A stretch of 64,000 bases of DNA, taken from positions 12,319-76,318 of the forward strand of contig JBJMHA010000044.1 of assembly GCA_045807625.1 (NCBI GenBank), in the 5' to 3' direction. Of the stretch, positions 44,501 to 52,764 are shown piece after piece. The stretch comes from Thermoanaerobaculia bacterium. GTDB taxonomy: Bacteria; Acidobacteriota; Thermoanaerobaculia; Multivoradales; UBA5704. Under the pieces are notes generated by a model. It searched no databases and was not told the DNA's origin. It saw only the letters and a list, made by a program, of their open reading frames with translations. The position numbers and the translations under genes are program-made. The first letter of the stretch is position 1; each line of letters opens with the position of its first letter.

Positions 44501-47500
44501 GGCGCGCCGCTGTCCGTCAGCGCGAAGGTGAGGCGTTCCAGGGGGTGGGCGGGATCGAGGGGCAGGTAGCAGGCGCCCGTCTTGAGCACCGCCAGGATGG
44601 CGACCACCATGTCCGCCGACCGTTCCAGACAGAGGCCCACCGGCTGCCCCGGACGGAGCCCCTGGGCGAGCAGGTGGCGGGCGAGCCGGTTGGCCCGCCC
44701 ATCCAGCTCCCGGTAGGTGAGCCGTTCACCGCTCGCCGTAACGGCCATCGCCTCGGGAGCCCGGTCCACCCGTTCCTCGAAGCGCCTGGGCAGGGGAGAG
44801 GACGGGCCACTCTCGCCCGGGATCGCCATGGACGAGACCTGGACCCGCTCGGCCGGATCGAGGATCTCCAGGCCCTCGACCGGCGCCTCTAGCCGCGAGG
44901 CGGCGCTCGCCAGCAGAACGCGGAAGCGGCGCAGCATCCGCCGGACCTCCGGCTCGGACAGCACCGCGTTGTCGTAGGCCAGGTCGAGAACGATCCTGCC
45001 GGGGTCTGGGGTCACGGCGAGCCGCAGCTTGAACCGGTCGCTCCGTGAGCTCTCCCGCTCGACGGACCAGCGGACATCCGCGGTCTGCAGCGGCGGACGG
45101 ATCGCCCGCGCCTCGAACTGGATGGGCGGCCAGCCCTCGGCGGCGCTCTCGTAGAGCTGCTGCCATCCCGCGTGTTCCCGCAGGACCTCCTCGGTACGGC
45201 GGACGGTCACGGCCAGCGGCTCCTCCTCGCTCACCCGCAGGACCACCGGCAGATGCCGGGCCAGGGAGCCCACCGCAGCGCCGAGCGGCTCCAGGGTCCG
45301 TCCCGGGAATGCCACACCCACCGCGATCTCCTGGCGGCCGGCAAGCCGCGACAGCAAGAGCTGCCAGGCGGTGAGGAGGAAGGCCGTGAGGGACGCACCG
45401 GTCGCTCGCGCGGCAGCCGCGAGCCCGTCCGAGGTCTCGAAGTCGAGGGTCTCGCCCACGTCCTGTGGCATGAAGCCGGCGCGGCCTCGCTCCTCGAACG
45501 GGAGCTCGACGTCCCAGAGCTGAGGCCGCGCGTGCTCCCGCCAGTACCGGCGGGCCTCCGCCGACGCCTCCGAACGGAGGATTCCGGCCTGCCATGCCGC
45601 CAGGAGGGGCCAGGGTGGAGCCGGCGGAGGCGGGCTTCCACCTTCCACCAGAGCTCCATACAGGAAGGCCGTTTCGGCCAGCAGATTCCAGAGCCCTTCG
45701 CCGTCCAGGGCGAGGGCCGGAGCGCTGACCTCCAACCGGTAGACGTCCTCTCCCAGGCTCTCCAACTGGAACGCCAGCGCGCCGGGGGCGAGGTGAGGAT
45801 GGCGCTCGCGGGCCTGCCGGACCGCCTCGTGGAAGGCCTCGGCATGGAGCGGTCCTTCGAGCCGGGCCGAGCATTCCGTGAGGTGAGGCCCTGCGAGCGG
45901 CGCAGGCGAAAGAGTCTCTGAAGGAAGGGGGGCGGAGAGCGCCCGTTCGAGGTCGCGTGCCAGGATCTCCCGGATGCTCGCGAGGCGTTCCTCGCGCCGT
46001 CTCCGCTCCGCACCGGCGATCGTTTCCAGGAGGTCCGCGACCCGGGCGCCGGAGGACTCGGGGATCGCCTCCAGGAGCAGAGCCAGATCCTCGATCAGGG
46101 AAGCGGCCGTGGCCGGCTCGAACCGTCCGCCGTCGTAGGTCAGGCGCAGGGAGAGCCCGCGCCCCGGCACGGCCAGCAGGCTCAGGGGGTAGTTGGTCCG
46201 CGTCCCATAGCGGACCTCCCGGATCTGGAGGTCGCCGTCCGCGCGGCGGAGGGCGGCGTCCACCGGATGGTTGACGAAGGCCAGGATGGAATCGAACAGG
46301 GGCCCGCCGCCAGGGATCTCGCTCCAGCCCTGGATTTCGAGCAGGGAGCTGCCCTCGTGACGGCGCATCTGGAGCTGGCGGGCCTGGTGTTGCTTGAGCC
46401 AGGGGAGGAGCCCTTCTCCGGTCCTCACCCGGACCCGGACGGGAAGGCTGCTGACGAAGAGGCCGACCATGGATTCCACCCCTTCGAGATCGTCCGTCCT
46501 GCCGGATGTCGCGGCTCCGAAACAGACGTCCTCACGACCGGTGCGGTGGCTCAGGACGACGGCCCAGGCGGCTTGTAGGAGGGTGCTGACGGTCAATTGG
46601 CTCCGGCGGGCGAAAGCCTGCAGCGCTTCGGTGCGGTCCGGCGGTAGCGAGACTCGAGCTTCCCCGTGCTCCGCCCCCCGGTCCGCCGCCGGCCGCTCGC
46701 GGTCCCCCGGCACGCGGGTGGGCGAGCGCAACCCCGCCAGCTCGCGCCGCCAATACTCCTCCGCCTCCTGGAGATCGCGGTCGCGCAGCCGGTCGATGAA
46801 GTCCCGGTAAGGGCGGACGGTCTCCAGGCGCGGCTCGATCCCCTGGCGCAGGGCCTGGTAGACCACCACCACGTCCCGGAGGACGACGGCCACCGACCAG
46901 GCGTCCATCAGGATGTGGTGATAACTCAGGACGAAGCCGCGGAGCCCCGGCTCCAGGTCGAAGAGGGCGAGCCGCATCAGCGGGGGGGCGGACATCTCGA
47001 AGCCGCGCTCGCGGTCCTCGCGAAGGAAGGCCGCGACCCGTTCCTGGCGCGCCTCTGGCGCCACCGCCCGCCAGTCCGACTCCTCGATGCGCAGCTCCAC
47101 CTGCTTCAGCACGGCCTGGACGTTCCGCCCCTGGCGATCGGTGAGGAAGGCCGTCCGCAGGACCGGATGGCGCTCCACGACGCGCAGCCAAGCGCGGCGG
47201 AACGCGGTCGGGTCGAAGCCGCCGCCCAGCGCGAGCTCTCCGCTCAACTGGTCGAAGTAGAGGCCGGACCGCGGGTTGGCCAGGCTGTGGAAAAGCATCC
47301 CTTCCTGGAGCGGCGAGAGGGGATAGACGTCCTCGACCGCGCCGGCGCCGCCGACGTGGTCCAGCACCTCCGCGAGCTCTCCCGGCCCCAGCCCCGGCAC
47401 CGCGAAGCGCTCCGGCCCGGTGCCGTCCCCCGCCCGGGCCTGCGCCGGCTCCGGGCCGCGCGCCGCCGCAGCCAGCTCCGCGACCGTCTGGCGCTCGAAG

Positions 47501-50500
47501 AGCTGGCTGGTGGTGAGTTGCAGGCCGAGTTGGCGCGCCCGGGAGAAGAGCTGGATTCCCAGCACCGAGTCGCCGCCCAGCTCGAAGAAGTTGTCGTGTA
47601 CGCCCACACGGTCGAGGCCCAGGAGCTCCCGCCACAGCCCGGCCAGCTTCTCCTCCACCGGGTCGCGTGGCGCGGCGTAGGGGGTTTCCAGGGCGGGCCG
47701 TGGGTGGGAGGGCCGGACGGGAGCGCCCGGCGCCGAGGCCGCCGGTCTCGCCGGGATCGCCGCTACGGGCTCCGCGACCGCTGCGGGCGTCGCGCCGGGC
47801 CCCCCGCGCAGGAGCTCCGGCAGGTCGCGGGGAGAGACCGCGACCTGTGACAGGGAGAGGGCGCCGAGCAGGCGCATCCAGGCCTCGGCCCCCTCCCCGG
47901 GCTGGATGCGCCGGCCGGCCGGCGCCGACGAGATGGCGGGCCGCGGCGCCGCGCTCTCGCTGCCCAACCGGCGCAGGACGATCTCCTCCACGGCCACCCG
48001 CTCCGTCCCTTCCTCGTCCAGCAGGGTGACGCGATAGCGCATCTCCCCGCCTCCCTCGCCCACGAGCCGTGCATGGCTGTAGAGACGCCGGGGCAGCGGG
48101 CCGTGGACCGTGACGCCACGATAGGAGACCGGGAGATGGCCGCCCTTTCCCAGGTGCAGATGGGCGAAGCTGGTTCCCACGTCCAGCAGGGCGGGATGAA
48201 GGGGATAGTCCTCCAGGTCGTCGGCGAAAAGCTCCGGGATCTCGAGGAGGGCCAGAGCCTCCCCGCTCCCGAGACGGACCTCGCGGACGCAATCCCAGCG
48301 GGCCCCCCACTCGACGGCTCCCCGCCCTCCCTGTCTGGCGTCCGGAGGCGGCCGGTCGCTGCAACTGGCGAGGAGTTCGGCCACCTCGTGGCGCGGCACC
48401 GTGCCCGCGGGGCCGAGCCGCGCCCGGCCGCGGGCGTGCTCCCGCCACTCCTCCCCCTCGGATGTGCGGCCGAGCACCCGGACCGACACCGCGTCGCCGT
48501 CCGGGCGCAGCTCCGTCCAGAGCTCGCGTCCGCCCTCGGCCACCACGCAGGGGGATAGGAGCTCCAGCTCCAGGATCTCCAGCCGGTCTCCGGGCGTGGG
48601 CCGGAGCGCCGCCCGGACGATCTCCAGGTAGGCCGTCCCCGGCAGGATGGACGAGCCCAGGACGCGGTGCTCCGCGACCGGCCAGGGGTCCGCCGGCGTC
48701 AGCTTGGCGATGAAGCCTTGGCCGTCGCTCCGGGGGGAGCCGAGCAGCGGGTGATCGGCGGTCGAGCGGCCCGGCGTGGAGCCGTGGCGGAGGGCGGGTC
48801 CGCGGGCCCGCATGCCGACCCCTTCCCAGCCATCCCAATCGACGGACAGGGTGAAGGCGCCGCGCTGTGAGCGATGGTGGGCGAAGGTGTCGAGGAATGC
48901 GTTGGCCGCCGAGTAGTCGACCAAGCCGACGCCGCCGTGCAGGGCGAAGGTCGATGAACAGAGGATCAGGAAGTCCAGCGGCCGGTAGCGGAAGACTTCG
49001 TCGAGAACCCTGGCCCCGTCGATCTTGGGCGCGAAGACGGCCTCGACCGCCCGCCGGTCCTTGCGCTGGATGAGGCCGCCGCCCGGCTCGCCCGCGGCGT
49101 GGAACACGCCATGGATGGCGCCGAACCGACCTTCCGCCAAGCTTACGACCTCCTCCATGCGAGCGGCATCCGTGACGTCGGCGCCCAGCACCAGCACCTC
49201 CGCGCCGAGAGCCTCCAGGTCCAGCAGCTTGCGGTCCCACCGCTCGCGCTCGGGCAGGGCCGAGCGTCCGGTCAACACCAGGCGCGCCCCGGCCGCGCGC
49301 GCCAGCGCCTCGGCGAGGACCAGACCGAGACCCCCGAGACCGCCGGTGATGAGGTAGGTCCCGCCCGGGCGCAGGCGGACCGGTTTCCCGGCCTCGCGTT
49401 CGAGTCGCACCGGCGACCAGTCGCGCTCCCAGCGGTGCCGGCCCCGCAGCGCCACGGCGGGCTCCCGACCGTCCCGCCCCATCTCGTCCAGGAGGTGGGC
49501 CGCCGTGGCGTCCACAGCCGGCCCATCCTCCGGCGGCGGCCAGACATCCACGGCGCGGCAGAGGAAGCCGGGATACTCCTGGGCGATGGTCAGCACGGGC
49601 CCCAGCAGGGTCGCCTTCTCAGGGTTGAGCTCCTCTTCGCCGGTGACCTCGTGGATGCCGTTCGACACGGCGATCAGCCGTGCCTCCTGTCCGCCCAGGG
49701 TCTGGGCGAGGTGGAGCAGGCTGAAGAAGCCGAGGTCCCTGGCCTCGGCGGGAGAGGATCTGCGGTCGTCGGCGGTGAGCGACCAGAGGTGAACGATCCG
49801 GTCCGGCAGCGCTCCGCGAGAGCGGAGCTCGGCCACCAGCGCTCGGTAATCCGCCGGGTTGCGGGGATCGAGACTGTAGCGATCGTCCGCCGTGCGGTCG
49901 AAGGCCGTGGCCGGGGTCACCCGCACGACGCGGACGCCCTGTTGCTGCAACTGCCCGGCCATCCGCGCGCCAACCCCGAGGGAATCTTCGAAGAGCAGGC
50001 AGTCGCCGGTGGAGGCCACCGCCGCGGCCGCCGGCAGCGAGCGGCGCCAGATGGGGGCGTAGAACCAGTCGGCCAGCTCTCGCCGCGCGGGGGCCGCCGG
50101 CAGCGCGACGCCCGGAGTGCCGCCGGGCTCGATCCAGTAGGCGCGGCGCTCGAAGGGGTAACTGGGCAGGCGCACGCGCCGCCGCCGATAAGGCGCGTGA
50201 AAGGCCTCCCAGTCCGGGGAGACCCCCTGGAGCCAGAGCTGCCCCACGGCGGCCGTCAGCGCGCGGGCTTCCGGCTCGGCTCCGCTCTCGCGGGGGAGCG
50301 AGGAGACGACCGCGCGGCCGGCCAGCGCCGGGTGCCGGCGCGCCAAGCCGCTCAGGGTCTGTCCCGGCCCCACTTCGAGGAGCACGGCCTCCGGCCGGGC
50401 CGCCAGGATGGCGAGCCCCGCGGCGAAGCGGACGGTATCCCGCAGGTGGCCGGCCCAGTAGCGGGGGTCTGTGGCCTCCTCGGGACGAATCCAGGAGCCG

Positions 50501-52764
50501 GTCCGGTTGGACAGGAACGGGACTCGGGGCGGCTGCCGGCGGACGCGCGCGACCTGCTCGCGGAACGGCTCGACCGCAGGATCCATCATCGCCGAGTGGA
50601 AGGCGTGGGAGGTGCGCAGGGGGCGCGCCTCGAGGCCGCGCTCCCGGACGCGGGCGGCGAGGGCCTCGACCGCGCCGGCCTCACCCGAGACGATGCACAG
50701 CGAGGGGCCGTTCTCCGCGGCGAGGGCCAGGCTCCCGGCGGCTTCGGCGAGCAACGGCTCCAACTCCCCGGCGGACAGCGGCACGCTGCGCATCGAGCCC
50801 GCGGGAAGGGCCTGCATCAGCCGTCCCCGCGCCGCGACCAGCGCGAGCGCGTCCTCCAGGGAGAAGACTCCGGCCAGGCAGGCGGCTACGTACTCACCGA
50901 GGCTGTGGCCGATCATCGCCGCCGGCTTGACTCCCCACTTCATCCACAGGCGGGCCAGGGCGTATTCGAAGCTGAACAGGGCCGGCTGCGCCAGGGCCGT
51001 CCGCTCCAGGAGGCCGCCGGCGCCGGGATCGAACAGGGCCTCGCGCACGTCGAGCCCGAGCCGTGGCTGGAGCAGCGCGGCGCAGCGGTCGATCTCCGCC
51101 CGGAACACGGGCTCCGCGTCGTACAGCTCGCGCCCGGCGCCCGCCTGCTGCGCCCCCTGGCCGGGGAACAGGAAGACGATCCAGGGATCGGCCTCTCCCG
51201 CCTTGACGGCGGCGCCCGCCGGCAGCTCCAGGGCGGCGGCGGCCTCCCCGGCGCTCCGGCAGACCACCGTCCGCCGGTGCTCGAAGTCGGTCCGGCCGGT
51301 CTGCAGGGTATAAGCGGCGTCGGCGAGGTCGAGATCCGGGTGCCCCCGGAGATGCGCCGCCAGGTTGGCGGCGGCCTTCTCCAGGGCCGAGGGGGTGCGG
51401 GCCGACAGCGGGAGGAGCTGCCAGGGCCGGGCGGAGTCCGCCGGCGCCTCGGGGGGAGCCTCCTCGAGGATCACGTGGGCGTTGGTGCCGCCGATGCCGA
51501 AGGAGCTGACGCCGGCGCGCCGGGGGCCGCCCTCGGAGCGCCAGGGCAGCGGCTCGGCGCTCACGAAGAACGGGCTCTCCTCCAGGCGCAACTGCGGGTT
51601 GGGTCGCTCGAAGTGCAGGGTCGGCGGAATGCAGCCGTGGCGCAGGGCGAGCACGGTCTTGATCAGCCCCGCCACCCCCGCGGCCGTGTCCAGGTGGCCG
51701 ATGGAGCTCTTGGCCGAGCCGACGGCGCAGAAGCCCCGCCGCTGGGTGCCGGCGCGGAAGGCCTTGGTCAGGGCGGAGATCTCGATGGGGTCGCCCAGCG
51801 GCGTGCCGGTGCCATGGGCCTCGATATAGGAGATCGAATCCGGGTCCACCTCCGCCAGCCGGAGTGCCTCGGAGATCACCGCCACCTGACCCTCCGCACC
51901 GGGAGCCGTGTAGCCCACCTTGACGGAGCCGTCGTTGTTCACGGCCGAGCCGAGGATCACCGCGAGGATCGGGTCGCGGTCCTCGATGGCTTCCTCAAGC
52001 CGCTTGAGCACCACCGCTCCGAGCCCGCTGCCGAATACCGTCCCCTGCGCCCGGCTGTCGAAAGGCCGGCAGTGGCCGTCGGGCGAGACGATCCCCCCCT
52101 CCTGGAAGCGGTAGCCCGCCCGTCCCTGGGGCTTGAGCGAGACTCCGCCGGCGAGGGCGAGGTCGCACTGGTAATCGAGCAGGCCCTGGCAGGCCAGATG
52201 CACCGCCACCAGCGAGGTCGAGCACGCGGTTTGCACGCTGAGGCTGGGCCCCCGCAGGTTGAGCTTGTAGGAGACGCGGGTGCACAGGTAGTCCTTGTCC
52301 GCCCCCAGGGTGAGCTGGAGGGTGGGCACCGAGGCCACCAGCCCGGGGTTGGAGAGCAGGTTGAACAGCAGGTAGTAGTTCATCCCGCAGCCGGCGTAGA
52401 CGCCGATCGAGCCGCCGAACTTGGCCGGCGAGCAGCCGGCGCTCTCCAGAGCCTCCAAGGCGCACTCCAGGAACAGCCGGTGCTGGGGATCGGTCAGCTC
52501 GGCCTCCCGCGGAGTCATGTCGAAGAAGCCGGCGTCGAACAGCGGCACTCCCTCCAGGAGGGGCTCGGCTCTGACGAAGGACGGATCCCGGAGCGACTGG
52601 GGATCTGCCAGGTGGGCGACCTCGTCTTCGCTCAGGAAGGTGATCCCCTCGACACCCTCGCGCAGGTTGTCCCAGAAGCGCTCGAGATCCGGCGCGCCGG
52701 GGAAGCGGCCGGCCATGCCGATGATGGCGACGCCCGGAATGCCGGCGGGCGGGCTTTCACTCAT
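41536..52764 (-). CDS. Hybrid PKS/NRPS: KS-AT-KR-DH-ACP-C-(degenerate C-like)-A(Thr)-T-C
   Basis: The track ORF is 41536..52884. I place the start at ATG 52764 (MSESPPAGIPGVAIIGMAGRFPG), which overlaps the upstream stop in ATGAGTGA; the 40 extra codons are Arg/Ala-rich. It has TACSTS, GHSLG, HAFH, TGGLGGLG, YSAANAF and DH HRVLGSSILP. It also has GGDSVL, HHILMDAWS, APALALDG, TSGSTGRPKG, GGHSLL and HHIISDRWS. Confidence 0.92.
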   Translation of the reverse strand: MSESPPAGIPGVAIIGMAGRFPGAPDLERFWDNLREGVEGITFLSEDEVAHLADPQSLRDPSFVRAEPLLEGVPLFDAGFFDMTPREAELTDPQHRLFLECALEALESAGCSPAKFGGSIGVYAGCGMNYYLLFNLLSNPGLVASVPTLQLTLGADKDYLCTRVSYKLNLRGPSLSVQTACSTSLVAVHLACQGLLDYQCDLALAGGVSLKPQGRAGYRFQEGGIVSPDGHCRPFDSRAQGTVFGSGLGAVVLKRLEEAIEDRDPILAVILGSAVNNDGSVKVGYTAPGAEGQVAVISEALRLAEVDPDSISYIEAHGTGTPLGDPIEISALTKAFRAGTQRRGFCAVGSAKSSIGHLDTAAGVAGLIKTVLALRHGCIPPTLHFERPNPQLRLEESPFFVSAEPLPWRSEGGPRRAGVSSFGIGGTNAHVILEEAPPEAPADSARPWQLLPLSARTPSALEKAAANLAAHLRGHPDLDLADAAYTLQTGRTDFEHRRTVVCRSAGEAAAALELPAGAAVKAGEADPWIVFLFPGQGAQQAGAGRELYDAEPVFRAEIDRCAALLQPRLGLDVREALFDPGAGGLLERTALAQPALFSFEYALARLWMKWGVKPAAMIGHSLGEYVAACLAGVFSLEDALALVAARGRLMQALPAGSMRSVPLSAGELEPLLAEAAGSLALAAENGPSLCIVSGEAGAVEALAARVRERGLEARPLRTSHAFHSAMMDPAVEPFREQVARVRRQPPRVPFLSNRTGSWIRPEEATDPRYWAGHLRDTVRFAAGLAILAARPEAVLLEVGPGQTLSGLARRHPALAGRAVVSSLPRESGAEPEARALTAAVGQLWLQGVSPDWEAFHAPYRRRRVRLPSYPFERRAYWIEPGGTPGVALPAAPARRELADWFYAPIWRRSLPAAAAVASTGDCLLFEDSLGVGARMAGQLQQQGVRVVRVTPATAFDRTADDRYSLDPRNPADYRALVAELRSRGALPDRIVHLWSLTADDRRSSPAEARDLGFFSLLHLAQTLGGQEARLIAVSNGIHEVTGEEELNPEKATLLGPVLTIAQEYPGFLCRAVDVWPPPEDGPAVDATAAHLLDEMGRDGREPAVALRGRHRWERDWSPVRLEREAGKPVRLRPGGTYLITGGLGGLGLVLAEALARAAGARLVLTGRSALPERERWDRKLLDLEALGAEVLVLGADVTDAARMEEVVSLAEGRFGAIHGVFHAAGEPGGGLIQRKDRRAVEAVFAPKIDGARVLDEVFRYRPLDFLILCSSTFALHGGVGLVDYSAANAFLDTFAHHRSQRGAFTLSVDWDGWEGVGMRARGPALRHGSTPGRSTADHPLLGSPRSDGQGFIAKLTPADPWPVAEHRVLGSSILPGTAYLEIVRAALRPTPGDRLEILELELLSPCVVAEGGRELWTELRPDGDAVSVRVLGRTSEGEEWREHARGRARLGPAGTVPRHEVAELLASCSDRPPPDARQGGRGAVEWGARWDCVREVRLGSGEALALLEIPELFADDLEDYPLHPALLDVGTSFAHLHLGKGGHLPVSYRGVTVHGPLPRRLYSHARLVGEGGGEMRYRVTLLDEEGTERVAVEEIVLRRLGSESAAPRPAISSAPAGRRIQPGEGAEAWMRLLGALSLSQVAVSPRDLPELLRGGPGATPAAVAEPVAAIPARPAASAPGAPVRPSHPRPALETPYAAPRDPVEEKLAGLWRELLGLDRVGVHDNFFELGGDSVLGIQLFSRARQLGLQLTTSQLFERQTVAELAAAARGPEPAQARAGDGTGPERFAVPGLGPGELAEVLDHVGGAGAVEDVYPLSPLQEGMLFHSLANPRSGLYFDQLSGELALGGGFDPTAFRRAWLRVVERHPVLRTAFLTDRQGRNVQAVLKQVELRIEESDWRAVAPEARQERVAAFLREDRERGFEMSAPPLMRLALFDLEPGLRGFVLSYHHILMDAWSVAVVLRDVVVVYQALRQGIEPRLETVRPYRDFIDRLRDRDLQEAEEYWRRELAGLRSPTRVPGDRERPAADRGAEHGEARVSLPPDRTEALQAFARRSQLTVSTLLQAAWAVVLSHRTGREDVCFGAATSGRTDDLEGVESMVGLFVSSLPVRVRVRTGEGLLPWLKQHQARQLQMRRHEGSSLLEIQGWSEIPGGGPLFDSILAFVNHPVDAALRRADGDLQIREVRYGTRTNYPLSLLAVPGRGLSLRLTYDGGRFEPATAASLIEDLALLLEAIPESSGARVADLLETIAGAERRRREERLASIREILARDLERALSAPLPSETLSPAPLAGPHLTECSARLEGPLHAEAFHEAVRQARERHPHLAPGALAFQLESLGEDVYRLEVSAPALALDGEGLWNLLAETAFLYGALVEGGSPPPPAPPWPLLAAWQAGILRSEASAEARRYWREHARPQLWDVELPFEERGRAGFMPQDVGETLDFETSDGLAAAARATGASLTAFLLTAWQLLLSRLAGRQEIAVGVAFPGRTLEPLGAAVGSLARHLPVVLRVSEEEPLAVTVRRTEEVLREHAGWQQLYESAAEGWPPIQFEARAIRPPLQTADVRWSVERESSRSDRFKLRLAVTPDPGRIVLDLAYDNAVLSEPEVRRMLRRFRVLLASAASRLEAPVEGLEILDPAERVQVSSMAIPGESGPSSPLPRRFEERVDRAPEAMAVTASGERLTYRELDGRANRLARHLLAQGLRPGQPVGLCLERSADMVVAILAVLKTGACYLPLDPAHPLERLTFALTDSGAPLLITQDGLADGLADGAVRLVRLDAEREEIAGCSAEWLGVEIDPEQPAYVIYTSGSTGRPKGVVVSHRNVDRLLTATDAWFGFGPDDVWTLFHSYAFDFSVWEIWGALLYGGRLVVVPYWESRSPEAFYRLLREERVTVLNQTPSAFRQLLWAEEAVLGGEPSDLALRWVIFGGEALEPASLAPWFERHGDERPRLVNMYGITETTVHVTWRPLSRADSSAGGSPIGAPIPDLSLFVLDPRLRPQPVGVPGELFVGGEGLALGYLGRPDLTAERFVPDPWGPAGSRLYRSGDLARRLSNGDVDYLGRIDHQVKIRGFRIELGEIEASLATHPAVREALVVARDDGPGGERRLVAYLVPGPASAPGTPELREHLAARLPEYMLPAAFVTLDRFPLTVNGKIDRDALPAAPATGREGEEREIAESPSQPVAEILAGIWAEVLGSGRPSHADNFLSLGGHSLLATQVASRVRQALGVELPLPEVLGAESLADMAARLAALLEARQGLELPPIQPAPRQGSLPVSFAQNRLWVLDQLGTDGSAYNVPLPVRLLGPLSTQSLARALSEVVRRHESLRTTFADRDGQPVQIINPPAACDLTMVDLGGLPAERARSLARRLLREDAERSFDLGSGPLFRILLLRLSGEEHLLLLALHHIISDRWSLQVLLSETAALYEAMVAGRPSPLSEPILQYVDFAVWQREWLQGEALERLLDYWRAALAGAPEVVEIPGDLPRPQTRALDGASVSFELPAPLSEQLRSLGQRQGATLFMTLFAACCVLVGQRSGLEDVVVGTDVANRNRRETEGMIGFFVNQVVLRSDLSGDPGFSELIHRVRKAAMGAYLHQDLPFDKLLEALRPGRDPGRTPLFQVKFVLQNIPRLAQRRHSLTVVPESVPAWKAKFDLLFNVVETPDGIRGSLEYSTDLYTEATIREILADFESILRTAVADPEAPLSRLDACRREEAERRRVEREQRLRQAREEKFTQIRRKVVSTR
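41640..42975 (-). other. Terminal condensation domain with HHxxxDR variant
   Basis: LPVSFAQNRLWVLDQL; LHHIISDRWS (codons 42535-42555), with Arg where Gly is usual. Confidence 0.8.
43025..43235 (-). other. Peptidyl carrier (T) domain
   Basis: NFLSLGGHSLL; Ser codon at 43129-43131. Confidence 0.9.
43290..44810 (-). other. Adenylation domain, hand-read code DFWNIGMVHK (identical to the canonical Thr code)
   Basis: Cores TSGSTGRPKG (~44314-44370), YAFDFSVWE, TVLNQTPS, VIFGGEAL, NMYGITETTVH and FPLTVNGKIDR. Confidence 0.75.
44860..46000 (-). other. Degenerate C-like domain (no catalytic His motif) inserted between a functional-looking C domain and the Thr A domain
   Basis: SAPALALDGEGLW at the HHxxxDG position (codons 45700-45723). 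The N-terminal lobe is shortened and has no LSPQQ..W start. The C-terminal lobe keeps the C-fold pattern (RYWREH.., LTAFLLTAWQLLLSRL). Confidence 0.6.
46010..47340 (-). other. Condensation domain accepting the ACP-bound polyketide intermediate
   Basis: VYPLSPLQEGMLFHS; YHHILMDAWS (codons 46900-46920). Confidence 0.85.
47470..47680 (-). other. Acyl carrier (ACP) domain
   Basis: NFFELGGDSVL; Ser codon at 47566-47568. Confidence 0.9.
47960..48756 (-). other. Dehydratase (DH) domain located after the KR
   Basis: HxxxGxxxxP in AEHRVLGSSILPGTAYLE (His codon 48667-48669); second-site Asp in LHPALLDVGTS (48181-48183). No clear GYxYGPxF motif was seen. Confidence 0.7.
48810..50010 (-). other. Ketoreductase (KR) domain including the structural subdomain
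   Basis: Rossmann TYLITGGLGGLGL (49321-49362), catalytic Tyr in VDYSAANAFLD (codon 48913-48915), and it ends WDGWEGVGM. Confidence 0.85.
50300..51185 (-). other. Acyltransferase (AT) domain, malonyl-type
   Basis: FLFPGQGAQ; GHSLG with Ser codon at 50902-50904; HAFH at codons 50596-50607. Confidence 0.85.
51460..52735 (-). other. Ketosynthase (KS) domain
   Basis: VAIIGMAGRFPG; Cys of TACSTS at codon 52222-52224; HGTGT; SIGHLDTAAG; GGTNAH. Confidence 0.9.

Noticed and set aside
6470-46000. The HHxxxDG-less C-like domains considered as decayed pseudogene segments.
   Set aside because: All four are in frame without stops, keep C-fold-length spacing and conserved C-terminal-lobe patterns, and sit at fixed positions in front of A domains. 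They look like maintained non-catalytic domains rather than decay products.
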